Shown in pieces: positions 38,451 through 47,964 of a stretch of 64,000 nt of DNA. The notes under the pieces are model-generated. The model was not told the DNA's origin. It saw only the letters and a list, made by a program, of their open reading frames with translations, and searched no databases. Both the position numbers and the translations under genes were made by a program. Each line of letters opens with the position of its first letter. Within the stretch, counting starts at the first letter, position 1. Source of the DNA: a candidate division FCPU426 bacterium (GTDB lineage Bacteria; Oederibacteriota; Muellerivitia; Muellerivitales; Muellerivitaceae); NCBI GenBank assembly GCA_963796105.1, contig CAWCKJ010000012.1:32001-96000 (forward strand), in the 5' to 3' direction.

Positions 38451-39200
38451 TTATTCCTTGTCGAAAGTGAAAAGTTTCGTTTTCCATAATCCCATTTTGG
38501 TCAGGCGGAATTGCAGGGCCGTCCAAAGGCATCCCAGGCCATAGGAAGTGCTTCGAATGAAATTGATGGAGGAGGCCTCCGGGAAATATTTGGTGGGACA
38601 GGTAATTTCGGCGATCCTGAAACCCAGAAAATGGATTTGAGAGAGCATTTGATTATCGAAGATAAAATCGTTTGAGTTGCGGTCAATCGGCACGGTTTCC
38701 AGGACCTGGCGGGTGAATGCCCTGTAGCCCGTGTGGTACTCGGACAATTTTGCCCCCATCAGGTAATTCTGGGTAAGAGTCAAAAAGCGGTTGCTGAGAT
38801 ATTTGTAAAAAGGCATTCCTCCCTTCAAGGCCTGCCCCCCTAAAATCCGGGAAGCCAGTGCTACGTCATAAAGACCCGATTCCAGCAGGTAAGCCATGGA
38901 AGAGATGAGCTTGGGGGTGTATTGGTAGTCCGGGTGGAGCATCACGACGATATCCGCCCCGCTTTCCAAGGCGGCTTTGTAACAGGTCTTTTGATTGCCT
39001 CCGTAGCCCCGGTTCTCGGGGTGAACAATGGTTTTGATCCCCAATTCCTGGGCTACTCGGGCCGTGAAGTCGCGGCTGGCGTCGTCCACCAGGATGACCT
39101 CGTCCACGATGTCTTTGGGCACTTCCGCGTATGTCTGCTCCAAGGTCTTTTCAGCGTTATAGGCCGGCATGACGACGACTACTTTTTTCCCATGAATCAT
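38451..39200 (-). CDS. GT2 glycosyltransferase (polyprenol-phosphate mannose synthase-like)
   Basis: VVMPAYNAE, VDDASRD, NRGYGGNQK and HPDYQY. Confidence 0.9.
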   Translation of the reverse strand: MIHGKKVVVVMPAYNAEKTLEQTYAEVPKDIVDEVILVDDASRDFTARVAQELGIKTIVHPENRGYGGNQKTCYKAALESGADIVVMLHPDYQYTPKLISSMAYLLESGLYDVALASRILGGQALKGGMPFYKYLSNRFLTLTQNYLMGAKLSEYHTGYRAFTRQVLETVPIDRNSNDFIFDNQMLSQIHFLGFRIAEITCPTKYFPEASSINFIRSTSYGLGCLWTALQFRLTKMGLWKTKLFTFDKE

Positions 39201-39333
39201 TCCATTTCCTTTTCACAAAAAGTTCCCTCTGAATATGGTATCCGTTCCCCTTTACTGCCACCCCAAGATAACTTTTCCTCGGGATTTTCCAGAAAATCCC
39301 GAGAATTCTTGTCAATCTCTTCAGGAGGAAATA

Positions 39334-39589
39334 TCATCTAGATGGCTTTAAAAGGCGGATCACCACCAATAAAACGATCGCTCCCAGGACTGAAATGGCC
39401 AAATTCCCCAAGAAACCGCCCATTTACATATATATGAAGGGTATTGGCTAAGAAACTTCCTACCAGGGCCCCTAAAATTCCCACCACCATGTCCGGAATG
39501 ATGCCCATTCCCTTTCCCTGGACGATCACACTGGCGAGCCAGCCCACAAGCAATCCAATAATCGCGGTCCAAATTAAATGATGTTCCAT
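39334..39589 (-). pseudogene. GlsB/YeaQ/YmgE family stress membrane protein, +1 frameshift
   Basis: IIGLLVGWLASVIV...DMVVGILGALVG. Removing one G at 39419-39421 gives the family-type ending NGGFLGNLAISVLGAIVLLVVIRLLKPSR*. Confidence 0.8.
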
Positions 39590-39647
39590 CCCATGCTCCT
39601 TTAAGTTTCCGATCTGGGATCTTATTTTATTGTCCGAACCGGGCTTT

Positions 39648-40430
39648 TTACCCGAGTGTTTTCAAAATCCGGGAGTGAATAAGTCCGTTGCTGGAAACCG
39701 CGTTCCCTCCATTGATAGTCTTCCTGCCGGATAAATCCGTGAATTTACCCCCAGCTTCCTCCACGCAGATCTTGATAGCCGCTACGTCGTAGGGTTTCAC
39801 GACCGGATCCAACATGGCTTCCACCATTCCCTGGATGACCAGTGAATGTCCAAAACAATCCCCAAATCCCCGGTCGTCATAACATTCGTCCACCAACCGG
39901 CCCAGCTTGGAACGATAGGCGGACGGCACGAGTCTCATGCCCCCATAAGTAAAGGTTCCATCCTTTAATCGGGATATTTTAGACACATGGGTCCTCTTCC
40001 CGTTTGCGTAACAACCCATACCCTTGGCCGCTTTTAGGGTCAGCTTATAGGCCGGATGATGGATGACCCCCGCAATGACTTCCCCGCGGTATTCCAAGGC
40101 CACCAAAGTCCCCCAAAAAGGGATTCCCCGGATAAATTGCCTGGTCCCGTCAACCGGATCGATCCACCAGCGGAATTCCGATTTCTTTTGGGCTTCCCAC
40201 CCGTATTCCTCGCCGCACAACTGGTGAGAGGGATAGGCATTCCCGAGAATCCGCCGAATCAATCGCTCGGCTTCCCTGTCAGCCCGGGTCACGGGGGAGC
40301 AATCAACCTTTCTTGAAACCGGGACATTTTTCCTGAAATATTGGTTCGCCCTATTCCCGCCTTCCAATGCGGCCCTATAAGCCAGCGCCAAATAGGATTT
40401 GATTTGATTGGAAGTGAGGGTATTAGGCAT
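39648..40430 (-). CDS. hisN: Histidinol-phosphatase, inositol monophosphatase family
   Basis: SPVTRADREAE, GEE, WWIDPVDGT and YDVAAIKICVEEAGG. Confidence 0.8.
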   Translation of the reverse strand: MPNTLTSNQIKSYLALAYRAALEGGNRANQYFRKNVPVSRKVDCSPVTRADREAERLIRRILGNAYPSHQLCGEEYGWEAQKKSEFRWWIDPVDGTRQFIRGIPFWGTLVALEYRGEVIAGVIHHPAYKLTLKAAKGMGCYANGKRTHVSKISRLKDGTFTYGGMRLVPSAYRSKLGRLVDECYDDRGFGDCFGHSLVIQGMVEAMLDPVVKPYDVAAIKICVEEAGGKFTDLSGRKTINGGNAVSSNGLIHSRILKTLG

Positions 40431-40532
40431 GGCGGGGGTTATTTTACAGTGGGGAATGAGTCGGTAAAACAAAAAAGGACCCTCTTTTCGATCCTCTCGG
40501 GAGATGAAATGTTCAACTATCTTGTGGTTTCT

Positions 40533-41009
40533 TCAGGACAAGCGGGAAATGTCTTCCGCAGCTTTTGGAAAAAGTTTCGTCAGTTCCTCTTTTTCACCCA
40601 GAGTTAAATCCACGAATTCGAATCCGGGCGCCACAGTCATCCCCATTAACGCGAAATTACCTCCCTCGTTTAAATAGCACCCGAACCAAGTTCCCGCTTT
40701 CACTATCATTTGGGGTTGATGCCCCTGTTCCAGCAAACTTCCCAGGACTACCCTATCCGTTTTTCCTTTTTCCCTTAAAAAAACCCATGTGACTGGGTCC
40801 CCCAAATAGAAATGGATCACCTCGTCGGAAGGAAGTTTATGAAGTTTGGAAACCGATCCGGAAACCAATAGGTAGTAAATAGAAGTGGAATAAACCCTTT
40901 CGGGTTTGCTTCCAGGGATGGGAACGGGACTTTTATAAGTTTCCCTAAAATACCCGCCCTCAGGATGGGGTTTTAAATTCAATAATTTGACCAATTGATC
41001 GGCCGTCAC
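40533..41009 (-). CDS. Cupin superfamily protein (DUF985/Cupin_5)
   Basis: LNLKPHPEGGYFRETY, STSIYYLL, SDEVIHFYLG and TVAPGFEF. Confidence 0.9.
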   Translation of the reverse strand: MTADQLVKLLNLKPHPEGGYFRETYKSPVPIPGSKPERVYSTSIYYLLVSGSVSKLHKLPSDEVIHFYLGDPVTWVFLREKGKTDRVVLGSLLEQGHQPQMIVKAGTWFGCYLNEGGNFALMGMTVAPGFEFVDLTLGEKEELTKLFPKAAEDISRLS

Positions 41010-41040
41010 GCTTACAATCTTATTCGAACTTTAATTTCTG

Positions 41041-42138
41041 TCAAACTCCAAAGGAAACGTTTATTTTTTTCGCGGTCAAAACCAACTCATGGTCCAGGGG
41101 AACCTTGCGGATCTTCCCGCCCACCGCAGAAACAGGCACCGATCCCAAAGTCCCGTGGCGCCAGGTGACCATACGGCCAAAATGCCGTTTCAATACCAGA
41201 TCCATGGCTCGCACCCCGAAGAGAGTGGCCAGAACCCGGTCAAAGGATGTCGGAGTCCCGCCCCGGAGGACATGGCCTAGAATGACGGCCCTGGTTTCCA
41301 TGCCCGACTTGGCTTCCAGACGTTTGGCAAGCACCCGGCTGATCCCACCGAGGCGGATTTTTTCAGGTGACATCGGGTTGACTCGGTCCACCACCATCTT
41401 TCCCTTGCGGGGAAAAGCTCCTTCCGCCACTACGATGATGCTGCTCTTTCGCCCCCGGTTATAACGATCCTCAATGACTTCCAGGATTTTCCCCTCATCG
41501 TAAGGTATCTCGGGAATGAGGATGACGTCCGCCCCTCCCGCGATTCCCGATCTCAAGGCCAGCCAGCCGGCATATCGGCCCATCACTTCCACCACCATGA
41601 CGCGGTGGTGGGAAGCGGCGGTAGTGTGGAGCCTGTCAATGGCCTCCGTGGCGATATGGACGGCTGTGTCATGGCCGAAGGTCTGGTCCGTCCCGACCAG
41701 GTCGTTGTCGATGGTCTTGGGAACCCCCACGACATGCAAACCCTTGCGGCTGAAGCGCTCAGCCACGGTCATGGTGCCATCGCCACCCAAAACCACCAGG
41801 GCTTCAATGCAGTGGTTTTTGAGGTTCTCGAGCACCTCATTGCTTCGGTCCCGGCGGAGAATCCGGCCGGAAGGGTCCTTTTCCAGCATTCGAAATGGGT
41901 CGTCCTTGTTAGAGGAACCCAAGATGGTCCCGCCCAAAGTCAGGATATTGGAAACGTCATCGTTTCCCAGGCTCCTGGTGGAATCCTGCACCAGGCCGAG
42001 GAATCCGTCATTGAACCCAGTGACCTCGATTCCCTCCCGGACAGCGCTTCTGACTACCGCCCGGATTACGGCGTTCAAGCCGGGGCAATCGCCCCCGCCG
42101 GTGAGGATCCCGATGCGTTTGACGCGGGAGAAAGCCAT
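41041..42138 (-). CDS. pfkA: 6-phosphofructokinase
   Basis: ILTGGGDCPGLNAVIR, GGTILG, GGDGT, PKTIDND, EVMGR and LGHVLRGG. Confidence 0.95.
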   Translation of the reverse strand: MAFSRVKRIGILTGGGDCPGLNAVIRAVVRSAVREGIEVTGFNDGFLGLVQDSTRSLGNDDVSNILTLGGTILGSSNKDDPFRMLEKDPSGRILRRDRSNEVLENLKNHCIEALVVLGGDGTMTVAERFSRKGLHVVGVPKTIDNDLVGTDQTFGHDTAVHIATEAIDRLHTTAASHHRVMVVEVMGRYAGWLALRSGIAGGADVILIPEIPYDEGKILEVIEDRYNRGRKSSIIVVAEGAFPRKGKMVVDRVNPMSPEKIRLGGISRVLAKRLEAKSGMETRAVILGHVLRGGTPTSFDRVLATLFGVRAMDLVLKRHFGRMVTWRHGTLGSVPVSAVGGKIRKVPLDHELVLTAKKINVSFGV

Positions 42139-42140
42139 CT

Positions 42141-42656
42141 TTACTTGATCCCGAGAAGTTCAACGTCGAAGATCAATGTGGCGTTCGGCGGAATGACATT
42201 GCCCGCGCCGTGTTCTCCATAACCCAATTCCGAGGGTATGGTCAATTTTCTTTTTTCTTCAACCTTCATTCCAGCCACTCCCTCATCCCACCCCTTGATG
42301 ACCTGCCCCGCCCCCAGGTTGAATTCAAAGGGTTGTCCCCGGTCCACGGAGCTGTCGAACTTGGTTCCGTTAGTCAGCCATCCGGTATAGTGCACTGAAA
42401 CTGTTTGTCCCGCTTGGGCAACGGGACCTTTCCCCTTTTTCAGGACTTGGTATTTCAAGCCTGAAGCGGTTGTCACCGTTTTGGAAGAAAATTTGGCTTT
42501 TTTCCCTCCTGCTTTCGGCGCCGCGGCAACCGGTGTCTCCTTGTCATTAGTGGTTTTTCCCGCGGATGAATTATCCTGCGCCTTTGAATAATTTGTCATA
42601 AATGCCAACACTCCGATCATTGAGATCAAGGTAAAAACAAGTTTATGATAAAGCAT
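42141..42656 (-). CDS. FKBP-type peptidyl-prolyl isomerase, exported
   Basis: Signal peptide, [20 protein letters not shown] and [14 protein letters not shown]. Confidence 0.95.
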   Translation of the reverse strand: MLYHKLVFTLISMIGVLAFMTNYSKAQDNSSAGKTTNDKETPVAAAPKAGGKKAKFSSKTVTTASGLKYQVLKKGKGPVAQAGQTVSVHYTGWLTNGTKFDSSVDRGQPFEFNLGAGQVIKGWDEGVAGMKVEEKRKLTIPSELGYGEHGAGNVIPPNATLIFDVELLGIK

Positions 42657-42866
42657 TTGAAACCTCCCTTTGATAATTAATCAAACCGGAAGAAAGTATA
42701 ACCAAACCCCTATTCGAATAGAGGGAAAAAAAAGAACCGTGAAAAAATATTCCGTGTTTTTAATACGCTGGAATCAGATGGGACAAGTTCAGTCAAGTGA
42801 ACTGTCTTGTCAGGCTACTGAATATTATTATAATGTCATTCCCATTATTCATAGCGGAGACAGCCC

Positions 42867-43076
42867 ATGGCCATCCCAGGTTATTTCGACTACAAGCGCC
42901 GTGAATACTGTAAGGGCGTGAAATGCCCTGTCCAGGTGGAAATGGACGCAAAAAAAGAGGGCTCGGAAGAATATGAAAAACTGCGGCAGACCTGCCAGGA
43001 CACCTGCCTGCATACCACCTACGAGTTTCACCACTGGCTTATCAAAAAAGGCTATGAAATCGTGAGGCCGGCGTAA
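42867..43076 (+). CDS. Small Cys/His-rich putative metal-binding protein
   Basis: GGAG RBS, YCKGVKC...CQDTCLH...FHHW. First gene of the lsrF operon. Confidence 0.7.
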   Translation: MAIPGYFDYKRREYCKGVKCPVQVEMDAKKEGSEEYEKLRQTCQDTCLHTTYEFHHWLIKKGYEIVRPA

Positions 43077-43097
43077 CTTCATTTTAGGAGGTTTGAT

Positions 43098-43892
43098 ATG
43101 GACTGGGGCAAGAAGAACCGACTTTCCAAACTGATACAAAAAGACGGGCATTGTTTTTATATGCCCATCGACCACGGGTATTTCCTGGGGCCCACCCGCT
43201 GCCTGGAAAAGCCCGGAGAAACCATCAAGCCCCTGCTGGATTACTGCGACGCCCTTTTCGTAACCCGGGGCGTGCTTCGCGCCTGCGTGGTTCCGGAAGG
43301 CAGCAAGCCGATCATCCTGAGGGTGTCGGGCGGCACGAGCGTTGTGGGCAAGGACCTGGCCAACGAGTCTATCACCACTTCAATCGAGGAAATCATCCGC
43401 CTCAACGTGACCGGAGTCGGTCTTTCGGTGTTTGTCGGAAGCGATTACGAGAACCAGACCCTGTTGAACCTCTCCAAGCTGGTCAACGATTGCTCAACCT
43501 ATGGGATACCGGTAATGGCCGTGACAGCCGTAGGTAAGGAACTGGAAAAACGGGACGCCCGCTACCTGGGTCTCGCCTGCCGCATCGCCGCCGAATTGGG
43601 GGCCGACGTGGTGAAAACCTACTGGTGCTCAGAAGGGTTCGAGAAGGTCGTGGCCAACTGTCCCGTGCCGGTGGTGATGGCCGGCGGGCCGAAGTGCGAG
43701 ACCCAGAAGGAAGTCTTTGATTTCGTGTGCGACGGTATGCAGAAAGGCGCCATCGGCCTGAACCTAGGTAGGAACGTCTGGCAGGACCCTCATCCGGTAG
43801 CGGCCGCGAGAGCATTGTGGAGCATCATCCATGAAAGCAAGAATGCCAAACAGGCCCTCGATCTTTACAACGAAGTGAAAAATTCCAAGTAA
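43098..43892 (+). CDS. lsrF: LsrF-like class I aldolase/thiolase (DhnA/FbaB superfamily)
   Basis: MDWGKKNRL, DHGYFLGPT, VMAVTAVGKE, RIAAELGADVVKTY and AGGPK. Confidence 0.85.
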   Translation: MDWGKKNRLSKLIQKDGHCFYMPIDHGYFLGPTRCLEKPGETIKPLLDYCDALFVTRGVLRACVVPEGSKPIILRVSGGTSVVGKDLANESITTSIEEIIRLNVTGVGLSVFVGSDYENQTLLNLSKLVNDCSTYGIPVMAVTAVGKELEKRDARYLGLACRIAAELGADVVKTYWCSEGFEKVVANCPVPVVMAGGPKCETQKEVFDFVCDGMQKGAIGLNLGRNVWQDPHPVAAARALWSIIHESKNAKQALDLYNEVKNSK

Positions 43893-43904
43893 GAGCGGTC
43901 TCAA

Positions 43905-44930
43905 ATGCGAGTAGTGATGTATTACAAAAATAGCGATGTCCGCCTGGAAGAAAGACCCGTTCCCAAAATCGGGTCCGGCGAAATTCTTGTGAAAATTCGG
44001 GCCAGCGGCATCTGCGGCAGCGACGTCCTGGAGTGGTACCGCATCAAGAAGGCCCCTATCATTCTCGGGCACGAGGTCACCGGAGATGTCGCCGAGGTGG
44101 GCGAGGGAGTCTCCAAATACAAGGTCGGAGACCGGGTGGCTGTTTCCCACCATGTGCCCTGCAACACCTGCCGGTACTGCCTCAGCGGCAACCACACTGT
44201 CTGCGAAACCCTCCACACGACCAATTTCGACCCTGGCGGTTTTTCCGAATATGTCCGGGTCCCAATGCTCAACGTGGACCGCGGTGTCTTTTTGCTTCCC
44301 AACGAGGTCTCCTACGAGGACGGATCCTTCATGGAGCCCTTGGGATGCGTCCTGAGGGGGCAAAGACTGGCGCGTTTGATGCCCGGACAGACGGTGCTGG
44401 TGATGGGAAGCGGCATATCGGGTCTTCTCCACATCATGCTGGCCAAGGCCCTCGGCGCCGGCAGGATCATCGCCACCGACGTCAGCCAGTACCGCCTGAA
44501 CGCCGCGAAGGACCTGGGAGCGGACGAATGGATCAATGCCAAGGAAGACGTGCCTTCGCGGGTTCGTGATCTCAACGACGGCCGGTTGGCCGATCTCGTC
44601 ATCGTCTGCACGGGAGCCATGCCGGCATTCGCGCAGGCCCTGAAATCGGTGGACCGGGGCGGCACGCTAATGTACTTCGCCACCACCGATCCGGGTGTGA
44701 CCCTTCCGGTACCCATTAACGATTACTGGCGAAACGGCATCACGCTCCTTCCTTCCTATGGCAATGCCCCTTACGATGGCGAAGTCGCGATATCCTTGAT
44801 CCGTTCGGGAAGGGTGCCGGTGAATAAAATGATCACGCATCGCTTTGGGCTAGCTGAAACACCCAAGGGATTCCAGCTTGTCGCCGGCGCCGGTGAATCC
44901 ATTAAAGTGATAATTGAACCCCAGAGGTAG
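43905..44930 (+). CDS. Zinc-dependent (MDR) polyol/sugar dehydrogenase
   Basis: GICGSD, LGHE, CxxCxxC-x7-C structural Zn site, GSGISG and MITHRF. Confidence 0.9.
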   Translation: MRVVMYYKNSDVRLEERPVPKIGSGEILVKIRASGICGSDVLEWYRIKKAPIILGHEVTGDVAEVGEGVSKYKVGDRVAVSHHVPCNTCRYCLSGNHTVCETLHTTNFDPGGFSEYVRVPMLNVDRGVFLLPNEVSYEDGSFMEPLGCVLRGQRLARLMPGQTVLVMGSGISGLLHIMLAKALGAGRIIATDVSQYRLNAAKDLGADEWINAKEDVPSRVRDLNDGRLADLVIVCTGAMPAFAQALKSVDRGGTLMYFATTDPGVTLPVPINDYWRNGITLLPSYGNAPYDGEVAISLIRSGRVPVNKMITHRFGLAETPKGFQLVAGAGESIKVIIEPQR

Positions 44931-44991
44931 GGTTCCACCCCAAGTTGACAGCTCCCTCTAGCGCGCCTAAGATGCACCCTTTAAACTCACC

Positions 44992-46008
44992 ATGAAAACA
45001 GCCATCCGGGTTCAAAACTTATCCAAAAGCTTTAAGCGCCGCGTCCGCCAGCCGGGCCTGGCCGGCGCCTTCAAAGCCCTTTTTTCCAGCCGAAACGAGG
45101 AACTGTTCGCTGTCAGGAACCTTTCCTTTTCCATCCAGCGCGGGGAGAGGGTGGGCTTGATCGGAGAGAATGGGGCCGGGAAATCCACAACCCTCAAGAT
45201 GCTGACGGGCATCCTTGTTCCCACAGGGGGCGAGGTGGAGGTCCTGGGGCATATTCCATGGAAGGAAAGGTCCAAACTGGCCTTGAATATCGGTGTCGTC
45301 TTCGGCCAGAGACCCCAGCTTTTGTGGGATATCCCTGTGCGCGAGACCTTCCAGCTCTTGAAAACAATGTACCGGATACCATCAGATGTTTATGAGGCGG
45401 TCTACGGCGAGGCCCTGAAAAGACTGGGCCTGGAGCCCCTCCTGTCCACGCCCGTTCGTCACTTGTCCCTCGGCCAACGCATGCGATGCGACTTGACGGC
45501 CGCCCTCCTTCACGCCCCCGCAGTGGCTTTCCTCGACGAGCCCACCATTGGATTGGATCTTTCAGTCCGGGAACAGGTCCGGGAATTCATCACGGACATC
45601 CAGGAGAAGTTCGGAATCACCCTCCTCATCACCACCCACGACTTGAAGGACATCACTGAAACCTGCGACCGCCTGCTTTTACTAGACAATGGAAAATTGC
45701 TTTTTGACGGTTCCCTCCAGGCTTTCGAGAAAAAATACGCGAGCGACCGGCGGATCGTGGCGGAGCTTCAAAAGCCTATAGGAGCCGAGGAGGCTGTAAA
45801 CCTTTCAAGGGAAATCGCCTCATTAGGGGGAAATCTCAAGGAAGCCCAGGGTCACAGAGTCGTGGTGGAACATAAGGAAGAAACCTCCGTCCCGGCCCTG
45901 ACCCAGCTTCTCTTAAGCCGGTTGCAGGTGGCGGACTTGAACCTAGAAAAAACAGACATTGAGACCATCGTCATGCGGATTTACCGCCAACCGGACGAGA
46001 AGGACTGA
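44992..46008 (+). CDS. ABC exporter ATP-binding subunit
   Basis: GENGAGKST, LSLGQRMR, LDEPTIGLD and TTHD. Confidence 0.95.
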   Translation: MKTAIRVQNLSKSFKRRVRQPGLAGAFKALFSSRNEELFAVRNLSFSIQRGERVGLIGENGAGKSTTLKMLTGILVPTGGEVEVLGHIPWKERSKLALNIGVVFGQRPQLLWDIPVRETFQLLKTMYRIPSDVYEAVYGEALKRLGLEPLLSTPVRHLSLGQRMRCDLTAALLHAPAVAFLDEPTIGLDLSVREQVREFITDIQEKFGITLLITTHDLKDITETCDRLLLLDNGKLLFDGSLQAFEKKYASDRRIVAELQKPIGAEEAVNLSREIASLGGNLKEAQGHRVVVEHKEETSVPALTQLLLSRLQVADLNLEKTDIETIVMRIYRQPDEKD

Positions 46009-46010
46009 CC

Positions 46011-46841
46011 ATGCGGGAACTTTCCCCTCCCTTGGGTTTTTGGGAAAAAGCCTCCGGTTATTTCGCGCTCCTGAACCGGGCCCTCAAGGCCAATTTCGCC
46101 TACCGCTCCACCACCTTCCTGGGCCTCTTTACGGCGTCATTGAGCTATGGGATCACGGTTCTGGTCTGGAACCACGTCTACATCCAGAAAGGTTCCACCC
46201 TGGCCTTGCCTAAGGCCCAGATGTTCTCCTATCTGGCCCTGGCCTTTTGCCTCAATTATGTTCTTTCCATCAATATCGACCAGAGGGTGGGCCAACGTAT
46301 CCGGATGGGTTTGATCGCCACCGACCTCTTGAAGCCTGTGGATTTCCAGTTATCCCAGGCGGTCCAGGCATTAAGCGATAGCCTTTTCAACAGTTTCGTG
46401 GGCCTGGGAATCCTTGTAGTGGTGGCCTTCTTGTTGGGCCCCATGATCCTTCCCAAAAGCCCCGAGGCCTTTTGCCTGTTCCTGATCAGCCTTTTTTTAT
46501 CATTCCTAGTCCAATACTCCATCGTTTTCATCTTTATCCAGGGAGCCTTTTACACTTATAGCGGATACGGGATTTTCGCCTCTCGAATCGCCCTCCACCA
46601 GACCTTTTCGGGTTTGCAGGCTCCCCTGACCCTTTATCCGCCTATCTTGCTTGCCATTGGCCGCTGGCTTCCCTTTCAACACGTTGTTTACACTCCCATC
46701 GCGCTCTACATGGGAAAAGTTGAGGGCATGGCGGCCTGGAGCCTATTAGGGGAGCAAGCTCTATGGGCATTGGGATTATATTTCGCGGGTAAATGGGTCC
46801 TAAGAAAAGCCTTAGGACAGTTGGAAATTCAGGGCGGATAA
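46011..46841 (+). CDS. ABC-2 family permease
   Basis: About 6 TM, IRMGLIATDLLKP and LPFQ. Follows the ATPase. Confidence 0.85.
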   Translation: MRELSPPLGFWEKASGYFALLNRALKANFAYRSTTFLGLFTASLSYGITVLVWNHVYIQKGSTLALPKAQMFSYLALAFCLNYVLSINIDQRVGQRIRMGLIATDLLKPVDFQLSQAVQALSDSLFNSFVGLGILVVVAFLLGPMILPKSPEAFCLFLISLFLSFLVQYSIVFIFIQGAFYTYSGYGIFASRIALHQTFSGLQAPLTLYPPILLAIGRWLPFQHVVYTPIALYMGKVEGMAAWSLLGEQALWALGLYFAGKWVLRKALGQLEIQGG

Positions 46842-46842
46842 A

Positions 46843-47649
46843 ATGAAATACCACAGGAATCTTATGTTATCGGAATTTAAAATTTATTGGGCGGCCTTCA
46901 ACTCCTCTCTTCAGGCTAAGTTGGAGTACAAACTGGATTTCCTTTTGGGCATTCTCACCTCCACTATGCTCCAATTGGCGGCGCTGGGTTTCCTTTGGGT
47001 TGTTTTCCATCAAACCACCAGCCTCCAGGGGTGGAACCAGCTTCAGGTTATTTTTCTTTTCGGGCTCACCGCCATGTCCCTGGGCCTTTCCGAACTCTTG
47101 TTCAACCATATTTGGATGGTACCCTACTACATCGTCATGGGGGACCTGGACCGGCTTTTGGTTTATCCCGTGAAATCCCTTCCCTTCCTGTTGATTTCCA
47201 GGCCGGAACTGCATTCCTTCGGGAATATGGCGACCGGCCTCATCTTGACCGCCGCTTCCTTGTGGACCCAGCACATGCCCTGGTGGGATTGGGCCCTGGT
47301 CCCCCTCTGGGTCCTGAGCGGCTCACTGATCTACACCTCTGTATTGGTTATTTTTTGCAGTCTTTCCTTCAAGTTCGTAGGTCCTTATAGTTATACCTTG
47401 ATGGTCCCTCACACCCTTCTTCAGGCCAGCCGGTATCCCCTGAGTATTTTCCCGGCTTGGGTTCATTACTCTCTTTTGTTTCTGGTTCCCTACGGCGTCT
47501 TTAACTATCTCCCGGGAAACTGGGTCTTCGGCAAAGTCCTTTCGCCGGGATATATCCTCATAACACCTCTGGTGGCTGTTCTTTGCATAGCCGCGGCCCA
47601 GAAAGCCTGGACTTGGGGCCTCAGGCAATACCAAAGCACTGGCTCTTGA
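46843..47649 (+). CDS. ABC-2 family permease
   Basis: GDLDRLLVYP, RYPLSIFP and C-terminal YQSTGS. Confidence 0.85.
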   Translation: MKYHRNLMLSEFKIYWAAFNSSLQAKLEYKLDFLLGILTSTMLQLAALGFLWVVFHQTTSLQGWNQLQVIFLFGLTAMSLGLSELLFNHIWMVPYYIVMGDLDRLLVYPVKSLPFLLISRPELHSFGNMATGLILTAASLWTQHMPWWDWALVPLWVLSGSLIYTSVLVIFCSLSFKFVGPYSYTLMVPHTLLQASRYPLSIFPAWVHYSLLFLVPYGVFNYLPGNWVFGKVLSPGYILITPLVAVLCIAAAQKAWTWGLRQYQSTGS

Positions 47650-47667
47650 TAAAGTTGGCTTTAAAAT

Positions 47668-47698
47668 AAAAAACCCGGGGACCAATTTCGTCCCCGGG
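47668..47698 (-). terminator. Intrinsic terminator (U-tail on minus strand)
   Basis: Stem CCCGGGGAC/GTCCCCGGG with a 7-nt loop and adjacent A6. Confidence 0.8.
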
Positions 47699-47830
47699 CC
47701 GCCTACCTTATACTATTACTAATAGCCTGGGGATCATTCCCCGGGCAGGAAGGCCATAAATACTCTCAGATAAGGTTTTTTACATACTTGAAAGAGTTTC
47801 GGCTAAACAGAAACCGGAGAACTCCTTCAT
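47668..47830 (-). ncRNA. Candidate structured small RNA
   Basis: Nested stems at 47701-47754, a terminator, and an upstream ECF-like promoter TGAAAT-N15-CGTCTA (47861-47835). No family recognised. Confidence 0.3.
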
Positions 47831-47964
47831 CCTCTAGACGGAGATATCGGATTTTATTTCAAAAATAATTAATATTTTTCAGCCCAAAAAAGAGAACTGG
47901 ATTTTCATCAATTTGAGGCTAATTTTTAATAGTTTTTAAGGATAAAGACTTATTTGGACAGGGA

